Shown one piece after another: positions 26,395-34,595 of a stretch of 34,595 nt of DNA (its first letter is position 1; the number at the start of each line of letters is the position of its first letter). The stretch is from NCBI GenBank assembly GCA_031372065.1, contig JANMKN010000133.1:1-34595 (forward strand), in the 5' to 3' direction. The position numbers were made by a program, and so were the translations under genes. The notes below the pieces were generated by a model. The model was not told where the DNA came from. It did no database searches and saw only the letters and a program-made list of their open reading frames with translations. This stretch comes from Abditibacteriaceae bacterium. GTDB taxonomy: Bacteria > Armatimonadota > Abditibacteriia > Abditibacteriales > Abditibacteriaceae.

Positions 26395-27106
26395 GCGCGA
26401 ACGCGTGGTGATGCGCTCGGCGTGGCACCATTTGTTGTTTTTGCATTGGGAGATCGAACCCGCGCTTTTGCAAGAAAAACTGCCGCCGGGTTTGCAACTC
26501 GATACTTTTAAGAATCGCGCTTATATTGGCCTTGTGCCGTTCACGATGACCGCCGTGCGCCCGCATGGTTTGCCGCATTTGCCGCCGCTTCGACGCTGGC
26601 ATGAAGACTTTCACGAAATCAATGTGCGAACCTATGTGCGACACGAAAAATATGGCCCCGGCGTGTGGTTTTTCTCGCTTGATGCTGCCAGCGCCCCGGC
26701 TGTTCTCGTGGCGCGCCACTGGTTCAAATTGCCTTATTTTTACGCGCGCATGAGTTTGCAAAAAAAAATAAATAAAATTCGCTACACCTCGCAGCGCAAT
26801 TGGCCGCAACCTACGCCCGCTGGATGCGAAATCGAATATCAAATTGAGGGTAAGGCCGCGCCCGCTGCGCCGGGCACTTTAGATTATTTTTTAGTCGAAC
26901 GCTATTTGCTGTATTCCTATTCGCGCAGCCAATTATTTGTGGGCCGCGTGCGCCACAAGCCTTATCAAATCCAACCGACAAAATTGCTTTCGATAAATGA
27001 AAATCTCATCGGCGCAGCGGGCATTTCGCGCCCGAATACCGCGCCGCTAATTCACTACGCACGCGGCGTGAAAGTAGATATTTTCAAGCTGCAACGCACA
27101 ACATGA
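26387..27106 (+). CDS. YqjF/DUF2071 family protein
   Basis: WHHLLFLHW, GLVPFTM, EINVRTYV, PGVWFFSLDA, LPY, FLVERY; overlaps the previous stop. Confidence 0.9.
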   Translation: MNKRERVVMRSAWHHLLFLHWEIEPALLQEKLPPGLQLDTFKNRAYIGLVPFTMTAVRPHGLPHLPPLRRWHEDFHEINVRTYVRHEKYGPGVWFFSLDAASAPAVLVARHWFKLPYFYARMSLQKKINKIRYTSQRNWPQPTPAGCEIEYQIEGKAAPAAPGTLDYFLVERYLLYSYSRSQLFVGRVRHKPYQIQPTKLLSINENLIGAAGISRPNTAPLIHYARGVKVDIFKLQRTT

Positions 27107-27184
27107 TGATGAGCATACCTTTGAATTGAACAGCGCCCCAACTTCATCTTGAATTGTCATACATATTCCCGTTAGAATCTCCGT

Positions 27185-29674
27185 ATGCTCCTGAATCCTT
27201 ATATTGCAGGCAACCCGATTAAAGGCGAGGTGGGCTTTTATGGCCGCGATGATATTTTTCGCTCAGTCATGCAGGTGCTACGCCACCCAAACAGCAACGC
27301 TCTTGTGCTATTTGGGCAACGGCGCATTGGAAAAACTTCGGTGCTGTTGCAACTCGAACGACAATTAGATGCAAACGGCGAATACACACCCGTTTACTTT
27401 GATCTTCAAGATAAAGCTGCAAAATCCTTAACCGAAGTGCTTTATGAATTAGCCCAGCGCATTGCGACTAAGGTCAATCAACCACTGCCTGATCGCAAGA
27501 GTTTTGATCAAGCAGGCGAATATTTTCGAAATACATTCCTCCCACTTGCCGCCGTAGCCGCTGCGCCGGGTGGAATTGTCCTGCTGTTTGATGAATTCGA
27601 TGTGCTGGACAGCCCAGATTCAGAACGCGCTGGTCAGGAATTTTTCCCTTATCTGCGCGATTGGATGTCGGCTATCCAACGGGTGAAATTTGTTTTCGTC
27701 ATAGGACGGCGCCCTGAAGACCTTTCTACGAAAACTATGTCCACGCTTAAAGGAGTTGGTGCGACTCGCGTTTCACTACTGGAGCGTAAAGCGGCTGAAG
27801 CTGTTGTGCGCCAATCCGAGCGAAATGGCAGTCTGCTTTGGAGTGATTCTGCTGTTGAAAAAGTATGGGAATGGACACAAGGCCATACCTATTTTACCCA
27901 ATTGTTATGCAGTGTAGCTTGGGAAAACGCCCAAGAAGAGGAAAGGATCGAGTTGGGAGTTCAAGCGGCTGATGTAGAAGGCGCAGTAGAACAAACAATG
28001 CAACAGGGAGCCAATGCTTTTCAGTGGATATGGAGCGGTCTGCCTCCGGCTGAACGCGTCGTGATGGGCGCTATGGCAGAATCCGAAGATGAGGTCATCA
28101 CACCAGATAACTTGGTCGAAATCCTCAACCGTAGTGGTGTCCGCCTAATGATGAGAGAACTGCAAATCGCGCCCGAAACACTCGCTAATTGGGAATTGCT
28201 GCGTCCTATTGACCAAGGTCATCGCTTTGTCGTGCCTTTTTTCCGTCTCTGGGTAAAACAACATTACCCCCTACGTCGGGTCAAAGAAGAACTTGATCGT
28301 ATTGATCCGTTAGCAGATAACTACTACAGAATCGGGCAGAGCCGGTATCGTTTTGGTCAATTGGAAGAATCCAGAAATGGCCTCGAAGAAGCTCTCAAGA
28401 TTAACCCAAATCATTTAGGCGCACGATTATTGCTGGGCCGCATCTTGCTGGAAACCCACCAGATTAATGAGGCTATCGCCGTCTTAGAAGAAGCTTTCCT
28501 ATATGATGCAGGAGCTGCCAGAAGTGATTTAGTGCGGGCCTTACTGATCGTGCTTGAGTTGGCACCAGTAGCGGAGCAATTAGCAATTTGTGAACGCATT
28601 TTGGGCATAGAACCGAATCAACCAATTGCACGGGATAAACGGCGTGCATTGCTCATGACAAGCCAACTACAAGAGGCCAACGAAAAAGAGTCGGCTGAAT
28701 TATGGGAGCAAGCAATTGTTGTTTATACGGCTCTCTTGGAGCAATATCCTGATGCTACAGAGTTGCAAGCTAAGATTGAACACGCTCAAAAAAACTCCGA
28801 ACTTGCACAATCCTACAATAAGGCACTGGGAGCATTGCAATCGGGCAACAAGGCCAATGCTAAACGACTGTTGGCTGGCGTGATCGCTCAACAACCGGAT
28901 TACAAAGAATCTGCACGCTATCTGCTTCGGACTACAACGGGTCACGATGTTGAACAAATAAAAGATGAAGTAGCATCCCTAAAAAAGGAAATACACAAGG
29001 GCAAGAAACTTTTGTCTCGCACGACGGAAGAGGCAGTAGGCAAAATCGATGAGTTGGAGAAACAAAATCACGAACTCAAAGAAGTGAATGAGAAACAGAA
29101 AACGTATGCAATGTCCCTCAAAAAGGAGATGGATACCAAAAATGAACTTTTGTCTCGCACAACAGAAGAGGCAGTGAGCAAAATCAATGAGTTGGAGAAA
29201 CAAAATCACGAACTTAAAGTGGTAGTTGCGAAGCAGAAAGAGTTGGAGAAACAAAATCACGAACTCAAAGCAATAATTGAAAAATACAAAACGACATCTA
29301 CTTCCTTCAAAGAGAAAGTAGATGCCAATAATGTAGCTTTGTCCCGCACCGCAAAAGAAGCGGAATTCAAAATCAACGAATTAGACAGACAAAAACAGGA
29401 ACTCACAGCGGCAATTGATACACACAACACAGGTTCAAATGGATGTGCGGGCTGCCTTAGCATGATACTTGGGCCTGCCTTGAGTTTTGGTGTTTATTAC
29501 GTTTATCCTAACCTCATCGGAGGAATTTATTCCTCTATAGCAATAGGTGTTGTAGCCTTCTTTATTTTTGCTGGTGTTATAGCCGGCATGGTTGAAGTGA
29601 AGATGCCTCCTGCTGACGGAGTGGAGGTTAAGAATGACAATGATCCGGCTGAAACAACGCAAAAAACGCCATGA
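27185..29674 (+). CDS. STAND-like P-loop ATPase + TPR + repeated coiled coil + 2 C-terminal TM helices
   Basis: NPYIAGNP..FYGR, Walker A GQRRIGKTS, Walker B LLFDEFD, TQGHTYFTQ, TPRs (EEALKINP, YTALLEQYP), heptad-rich region, two hydrophobic segments. Confidence 0.88.
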   Translation: MLLNPYIAGNPIKGEVGFYGRDDIFRSVMQVLRHPNSNALVLFGQRRIGKTSVLLQLERQLDANGEYTPVYFDLQDKAAKSLTEVLYELAQRIATKVNQPLPDRKSFDQAGEYFRNTFLPLAAVAAAPGGIVLLFDEFDVLDSPDSERAGQEFFPYLRDWMSAIQRVKFVFVIGRRPEDLSTKTMSTLKGVGATRVSLLERKAAEAVVRQSERNGSLLWSDSAVEKVWEWTQGHTYFTQLLCSVAWENAQEEERIELGVQAADVEGAVEQTMQQGANAFQWIWSGLPPAERVVMGAMAESEDEVITPDNLVEILNRSGVRLMMRELQIAPETLANWELLRPIDQGHRFVVPFFRLWVKQHYPLRRVKEELDRIDPLADNYYRIGQSRYRFGQLEESRNGLEEALKINPNHLGARLLLGRILLETHQINEAIAVLEEAFLYDAGAARSDLVRALLIVLELAPVAEQLAICERILGIEPNQPIARDKRRALLMTSQLQEANEKESAELWEQAIVVYTALLEQYPDATELQAKIEHAQKNSELAQSYNKALGALQSGNKANAKRLLAGVIAQQPDYKESARYLLRTTTGHDVEQIKDEVASLKKEIHKGKKLLSRTTEEAVGKIDELEKQNHELKEVNEKQKTYAMSLKKEMDTKNELLSRTTEEAVSKINELEKQNHELKVVVAKQKELEKQNHELKAIIEKYKTTSTSFKEKVDANNVALSRTAKEAEFKINELDRQKQELTAAIDTHNTGSNGCAGCLSMILGPALSFGVYYVYPNLIGGIYSSIAIGVVAFFIFAGVIAGMVEVKMPPADGVEVKNDNDPAETTQKTP
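28976..29420 (+). repeat. Intragenic 138-bp (46-aa) and 51-bp (17-aa) repeats
   Basis: SLKKE...LLSRTTEEAV.KI.ELEKQNHELK at 28976 and 29114; GAGTTGGAGAAACAAAATCACGAACT at 29051, 29189, 29240; third diverged unit SFKEK...LSRTAKEAEFKINEL. Confidence 0.9.
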
Positions 29675-30990
29675 GAATTAACATCAATCCCTTTATTTAC
29701 GGACCAGCCGTCAAACCGGCTGAGTTTTTAGGCCGCGAGCGAGAACTGCGCACCGTATTCTCACGTTTGGCAAACGGACAATCCGTCGCCATCGTTGGTG
29801 AGCCACATACTGGCAAAACTTCGTTGCTGCTCTACGTCATTGAAGAGACTCAAAGTGCTTGCGAGGGTAAATTCGACCGAGACGTGTTCAATTTACTTGA
29901 TGCTCAGGCAATGCGTGATGTGAAAACGCAGGCCGCTTTTTGGCAATGGGTTTTGGAGCCTCTGGGCGCGGCTTTGCAGGACGGAAATCTGCAATCACTG
30001 GACGATGTGAAGAATAACTATGCTGCGGCTAAGAAAAATGATTTTGGCACTTTTGTGCTGGAAAAGCTGTTTAAATCTCTTGGTGCTGCTGGTTCAAGAC
30101 TGTTCGTATTGCTGGACGAATTTGATGATTTCCTTTCTCATGAGGTATTGAACAAAGGGGAATTCTACGGCGGTTTGCGCTCTTTAGCTTCTCGGTGTGG
30201 TGGTCTGGTCTTAGTGTTAGCTGTGCGTCGTGATGTGAGCCAATTAAACAGCTTGACGCAGACCTATACCACTGGCTCTCCCTTCTTCAATATCTTTACA
30301 GATGTGCGGTTAAGTCCACTATCTCACAAAGCCATGAAAATTTTGTTGGATAAAGGAATAGATCGCTTTACGGCCAATGATCGTAACTTTGTAGCTGGCA
30401 TCAGCGGCAATCATCCTTATCTGGCACAAGCGGCGGCGGGTTTATTGTGGGAAGCCTACGACGAAGAATGCGAAACGAACCTTGAGCGTTTCGTTGCTAC
30501 AGGTCAAAGACTTCGTCAACAGGCAGAATCGCATTTTGCCGACACATGGCGTAATTGGTCGCATGACACCCGCAAAGCGGTCACGATGGTTGCTCTATCA
30601 CAAATCCCTCATCTCTTGCCCAGTCATGATTTTCTTGTGGAGGCATTGACCAAAGACCTGAACTCTTACCGCCGTGAACTGGAAAACCTGAAAAACCACG
30701 GTTTATTAGCAGAGAATGTAGAAATAGGCTGGATGGTCACGCAAGGCGCGTTTTTGTGGTGGCTATCTGATGAATTGTTGCGCACCGTGCGCAAAGATAC
30801 GGATTTCGAGGTCTGGCTGCGGGCACAAGAGTTAGATGGTGTGCTGACAAAAGACGAACGCGAACATTTGGCTCAGGCGTGGAAAAGTGTCAGTTCTGCC
30901 CTTGGCAAAGGTGCTACAGCCTTGATTGAGGCGGCAGCTAAAGGCGCGGCGGGAGCTATTTTCCCCGCACCCCCAAAGGCAAAGGATTGA
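29671..30990 (+). CDS. Second STAND-like P-loop ATPase, no recognisable sensor or effector domain
   Basis: NPFIYGPAV...FLGRERE, Walker A GEPHTGKTS, Walker B LLDEFD, SPFFNIF, SGNHPYLAQ; ATGA overlap with the upstream gene. Confidence 0.88.
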   Translation: MRININPFIYGPAVKPAEFLGRERELRTVFSRLANGQSVAIVGEPHTGKTSLLLYVIEETQSACEGKFDRDVFNLLDAQAMRDVKTQAAFWQWVLEPLGAALQDGNLQSLDDVKNNYAAAKKNDFGTFVLEKLFKSLGAAGSRLFVLLDEFDDFLSHEVLNKGEFYGGLRSLASRCGGLVLVLAVRRDVSQLNSLTQTYTTGSPFFNIFTDVRLSPLSHKAMKILLDKGIDRFTANDRNFVAGISGNHPYLAQAAAGLLWEAYDEECETNLERFVATGQRLRQQAESHFADTWRNWSHDTRKAVTMVALSQIPHLLPSHDFLVEALTKDLNSYRRELENLKNHGLLAENVEIGWMVTQGAFLWWLSDELLRTVRKDTDFEVWLRAQELDGVLTKDEREHLAQAWKSVSSALGKGATALIEAAAKGAAGAIFPAPPKAKD

Positions 30991-31205
30991 CAGGTCGCAA
31001 CCGGCGTAAAATTTTGTTTGACAAAGACAGGCAATTGAGCAACAATGAAATTTGGTTCGCGCAATGTAGTTCAATGGGGACAGATAAGTCCCGGATTAGG
31101 CCCGTGTTAGTAAAGGGCAGCGTCAGCCTTAACGGTGCAGCCCGTCCCGCTTAATCAGGGACTTTTCCGCAAAATCAACACATTTTCCACTTTTTGGCCT
31201 CGTCG

Positions 31206-31474
31206 CAGCCGTCGGGTGCCCAAAAAGTAAAGAAGTTGCGCACCTTTCAGCCGTCGGGCATCCAAAAAGTAGAGAAGTTGAACACCTTCCAGCCGTCGGG
31301 TGCCCAAAAAGTAAAGAAGTTGGGCACCTTTCAGCCGTCGGGCAGCCGAAAAGTAAAGAAGTTGGGCGCCTTCCAGCCGTCCGGTGCCCAAAACGTAGAG
31401 AAGTTAGGCACCCGACGGCTGGAAGATGCCCGAAAAGTAAAGAAGTTAGGCACCCGACGGCTGGAAGATACCCA
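31206..31474. repeat. 42-bp tandem array of hairpin units, core inverted in the last two copies
   Basis: CAGCCGTC at 31206, 31248, 31290, 31332, 31374; last two units carry CCCGACGGCTGGAAG (reverse complement) with the same AAAAGTAAAGAAGTT-type linker. Confidence 0.92.
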
Positions 31475-31540
31475 TATTTTGCAAAATTTGGTCGTTTGAC
31501 GGGCCATAGGCGGATTCAAGGCCCAAAAGGAGAGATTTAG

Positions 31541-32467
31541 ATGGGAAATAATCGTTTACCGCAAGACCGCGACAAGCTGTATCGCAAGTTAGATGAGGCC
31601 GCGCAAGGGGCCGAGGACAATGGCGCCACTATCGGATTGGTGCATAATACCGCCGCTCTTATTCGCGCTGACCGCACCGCGTTATTCAACGCCGAAAAAG
31701 CCGCCGATGACACCTATGCCGCGCTCGGCGCGGCCAAAACCGCGCTCAAAAACGCCGATAAAGCGCTCACCAAATGGATTCGCAAGACAGTATCGGTATT
31801 GAAACCTGTGCTCGGCGAAGCGGGCACGGCGTGGCTGCCGACAGGAATTGGCCCCAATTCACTCGACCCCGGCCCCAACCAAGCCGCGCGTTTTACGCAA
31901 GGCGAACGCTTAGTGCTGTATTTGACGGACAATGCCGCCCGCGAATCCGCCGCTACCACGCCGCCCGTCACCGCCGCGCACGGCGCTCTCTTGGTCGGCA
32001 ACGTCACAAGCGCCCGCGAAGCCCTAAAAACCGCGCGCCGCCTGCACCTCGCCGCCGCTGGCGCGCTGCAAATCGCCGATCATCAAGCGCGCAACCGTCT
32101 GCACGGTTTAATTGGCGAACTGACCCAACTTATCGGCCCCATCAACGACCTTTGGCACGATTTCGACCTCGAAGAGCCGGGCGTTTTGGGCAATCCCGAA
32201 GAACCCAGCGGACTCGAAGGCGAAACAGGTGCCCCCGGCGTGCTGATTCTCGATTGGGACGACGCCGCGCGCGCCGATTATTATCAAGTCTGGCTGCAAC
32301 TGGTCGGCACTGACACCGAACCGCATCGCATTCCCGAACAATTTCGCAACAGCGAAGCCATATTGCGCAACCTGCCTTCGGGCGCCACCGCCAAAATTTA
32401 CGTTATCGCCCTCAACGACCACGGCCAAAGCACTAAAAGCGACATCCTCGAAATCTTCGTGCCATAA
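31541..32467 (+). CDS. Hypothetical protein: N-terminal helical region plus C-terminal fibronectin type III domain
   Basis: AAGGAG RBS; FN3 pattern PEEPSGL...LILDWD...ADYYQVW...LRNLPSG...IYVIALNDHGQS; no signal peptide. Confidence 0.8.
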   Translation: MGNNRLPQDRDKLYRKLDEAAQGAEDNGATIGLVHNTAALIRADRTALFNAEKAADDTYAALGAAKTALKNADKALTKWIRKTVSVLKPVLGEAGTAWLPTGIGPNSLDPGPNQAARFTQGERLVLYLTDNAARESAATTPPVTAAHGALLVGNVTSAREALKTARRLHLAAAGALQIADHQARNRLHGLIGELTQLIGPINDLWHDFDLEEPGVLGNPEEPSGLEGETGAPGVLILDWDDAARADYYQVWLQLVGTDTEPHRIPEQFRNSEAILRNLPSGATAKIYVIALNDHGQSTKSDILEIFVP

Positions 32468-32475
32468 CACCATTT

Positions 32476-32501
32476 AGGGCGGCGCCATTTGGCGCCGCCC
32501 T
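32476..32501. terminator. GC-rich hairpin after FN3 gene (no clear U-tract)
   Basis: AGGGCGGCGCC-ATTT-GGCGCCGCCCT. Confidence 0.5.
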
Positions 32502-32534
32502 GACAATTGCCTTTTCCGCAAAAGGAAATTTATA

Positions 32535-33698
32535 ATGAAACAGTCTGTATCCAAACTGGCGCGAATTATCTGCGCTGCCGCTGTTGTGCTACCGTTGGTA
32601 TCGCCCCGTCCAGCTCTGGCGTATGGTGGGGATGGTCACTCTATCGTGGCCGACATTGCGTTGTTGGAATTGAGCCGTTCTAACACGGCATCCGACAAGA
32701 AAGTCATCGCTGCCGTGAATAAGCTGCTCAATGACAGCGGCGCGATGCCTCAACTGACATCAAATTCCAGTCCAGAGGACGTAGCGAAGGTGTGGGAGGC
32801 CGCCGCGCGTTGGGCCGATGATATTCGCCCGCCGATGCCCGGTCGAAGGGTGAATGCAGCGCGTAAAGACGCTTTGGGAGTAGGCTTTTTAGATAAGATC
32901 AAAGCGAAGTTTCCCCATGATAAAGAACACCACACTGACTGGCACTTTGTAGATGTGCCGTTCAATTTCCGTGGCGCGAACAGCCGACACCCGCTCTACT
33001 CGCGCAGTAACGTGTGGACTAAATCCGATGACCTCGTTCAAATGCTGCGCTTTTGTGCGCAAACTTTGCATGGCGACCCATCGCCAGACACATCGGTATC
33101 GCCAGTAGAACTCAGTAAACCCGAAGCCTTGCGGTTGATAATTCACTATGTCGGCGATTTGCATCAACCGCTGCACGTTGGTTGTGGCTATCCCATCGAG
33201 GAAAATGGCATGGTTGCCTTTAAAATCCCCCAAGGCCCGGACGCCGAGAATTTGGTGCCCAAGTCAGATCGTGGCGCGAATAAATGGTTCGTATCTTTAA
33301 AAACCATGCTGCCCAGCGAAACCTCTCCCGTAAAGCTGCACAGCTATTGGGACACGCACATAATCAATCTCATCCGTCGCCAAAACTCGAAAATTCAAAC
33401 CGCGCGACTTTTGGATGCTAAGTTGACACCTTTGCGGCGCAAATGGCTAACATTGAAGGGTGATTATCGCTTGTGGTCAGTGGCGTGGGCCAATGACTCA
33501 CTGCGCATAGCACCACAGGCTTATAAAGGTCTGGTCTTTCATCTGGGCAATAGCACCGAAGACGAAGAATCTACGGCTGAACTGCCGGAGACTTCCGCAC
33601 GGGCCTACGAGCGTCAAGCCACGAACCTGACACGCATTCAATTAGCAAAAGCCGGTTTTCGCTTGGCCGAAATTCTGCGCGCCACACTCGGCGCCTAA
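32535..33698 (+). CDS. Secreted S1/P1 nuclease
   Basis: Signal peptide ending ALA, mature YGGDGH, WADDIR, WHFVD, HYVGDLHQPLH, DRGAN, LHSYWD, QLAKAGFRLA. Confidence 0.93.
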   Translation: MKQSVSKLARIICAAAVVLPLVSPRPALAYGGDGHSIVADIALLELSRSNTASDKKVIAAVNKLLNDSGAMPQLTSNSSPEDVAKVWEAAARWADDIRPPMPGRRVNAARKDALGVGFLDKIKAKFPHDKEHHTDWHFVDVPFNFRGANSRHPLYSRSNVWTKSDDLVQMLRFCAQTLHGDPSPDTSVSPVELSKPEALRLIIHYVGDLHQPLHVGCGYPIEENGMVAFKIPQGPDAENLVPKSDRGANKWFVSLKTMLPSETSPVKLHSYWDTHIINLIRRQNSKIQTARLLDAKLTPLRRKWLTLKGDYRLWSVAWANDSLRIAPQAYKGLVFHLGNSTEDEESTAELPETSARAYERQATNLTRIQLAKAGFRLAEILRATLGA

Positions 33699-33780
33699 TC
33701 GCAACGAAACGATAGCCCCAACAACAACGAAGGTTCGTTCACGGTGTAACATCGGAATGAAGGGACAATAAAGGAGAATT

Positions 33781-34392
33781 ATGCCAGAACCAATGATTTT
33801 TTCGACGGAAGATTGGGGCGCCCAACCGCCTCACGGCCACTTTGCCACCAAACTGGCCGAAGGGATTGTGGTTCATAACACGCAGGGCGCCAACCGCGCG
33901 CCGGGCACCACCCTTGCCAAAGAAAAGCAAGCCGCCTTCGCCGTGGCGCGGCAAATTCAGCAAGACCACTTTCACAGGCACCCCCACCCCTTCGGTGACA
34001 CAGGGCAGCACTTCACCATTAGCCGGGGCGGTTTAATTTTGGAGGGACGACACGGCTCATTGGCAGCTGCCAAATCGGGTAAGGTCGTGCGCGGTGCCCA
34101 TGCCGATTCGCCGCACAATCGCGCTAATCAGGTGCTTTTTGGCATCGAAGTCGAAGGCGACAACCGCGTAGAAGTTGGCGGCGACCACGTCACAGACAAG
34201 CAGTTCAAAGCTTTGATTGAATTGTGCGCTTGGTTATCTTTCTGGGGCCACTTCGATAGCAGCCACATTCAACCCCATCTGGACGTTGAAGCCGGTCACA
34301 CCGATTGTCCCGGCCTTTTCGCCAATCGAATTCCAGATTTAATTGCAGCAGTTCATGACCGTAAAGTCGAAATCATCCAATCACATAATTAA
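33781..34392 (+). CDS. N-acetylmuramoyl-L-alanine amidase (Amidase_2/PGRP-like)
   Basis: DWGAQPP, IVVHNT, QHFTISRGGLILEGR, GAHA, GIEVEG, HLD...TDCPG; AAGGAG RBS. Confidence 0.9.
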   Translation: MPEPMIFSTEDWGAQPPHGHFATKLAEGIVVHNTQGANRAPGTTLAKEKQAAFAVARQIQQDHFHRHPHPFGDTGQHFTISRGGLILEGRHGSLAAAKSGKVVRGAHADSPHNRANQVLFGIEVEGDNRVEVGGDHVTDKQFKALIELCAWLSFWGHFDSSHIQPHLDVEAGHTDCPGLFANRIPDLIAAVHDRKVEIIQSHN

Positions 34393-34409
34393 CGGCGCGG
34401 CACAATAAA

Positions 34410-34453
34410 AAGCTACATAAATACAGATGATGTTTTTTGTATTTATGTAGCTT
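34410..34453. terminator. 16-bp-stem hairpin after amidase
   Basis: AAGCTACATAAATACA (34410-34425) / TGTATTTATGTAGCTT (34438-34453). Confidence 0.6.
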
Positions 34454-34458
34454 CAATA

Positions 34459-34595
34459 GTCCGTTACCCAAGTGAGGTTGCGTTTTTCCCCGCAGTCTGT
34501 CAGTCTCAAAGGATGCAAAAAACACATCTGAATTTGAGTGATGATGACCGTGAGTTTCTCCACGAATTGGTCAAGAAGACCAATCTGAGTGTCAA
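34459..34595 (+). mobile_element. Probable left end of an IS630-family element; transposase N-terminus from ATG 34513, cut by window edge
   Basis: MQKTHLNLSDDDREFLHELVKKTNLSV resembles the IS630 N-terminal L(S/T)xxxRxxLxxL pattern; putative end follows a TA dinucleotide (34457-34458). Confidence 0.55.

Noticed and set aside
31155..31519. CRISPR array, or real proteins from ORFs 31155..31391, 31194..31499 and 31331..31519
   Set aside because: Linkers are near-identical rather than unique spacers; the ORFs are translations of the 42-bp repeat with no convincing RBS
33781..34392. Prophage lysis cassette
   Set aside because: No holin, structural genes or integrase in the window

Overview
Bacterial chromosomal window; gene content and style suggest an Armatimonadota/Abditibacteriota-like diderm, which is inference only. 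It opens with the 3' part of a tRNA-Gly(GCC) and the tig-clpP-clpX operon. Next come a CHASE2-class III nucleotide cyclase with guanylate-cyclase-like specificity residues and a FecR-TPR-beta-barrel outer-membrane protein. Directly downstream is the most unusual element (9880-11504): a split gene pair A+B followed by a fused, strongly diverged paralog A'B'. B and A'B' both end in a near-identical 36-aa four-cysteine peptide (115-bp duplication, 5 mismatches). The middle holds metabolic genes (Zn-dehydrogenase, beta-helix glycan enzyme, DUF1080, Tat Gfo/Idh/MocA), two IS5-like MITEs, a truncated SDR, and an HtrA protease downstream of three paralogous exported helical proteins. It also holds DinB, a WD40 protein and an arsenic operon (arsR, MIP, DUF6428-like, arsC) with two operators, followed by DCC1 and YqjF. 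The right end has a coupled pair of STAND-like ATPases, a 42-bp hairpin array whose core flips orientation, an FN3 protein, an S1/P1 nuclease, an amidase and the start of an IS630-like element. Intergenic DNA is rich in 7/21/41/42-bp repeat arrays. No CRISPR array was found.
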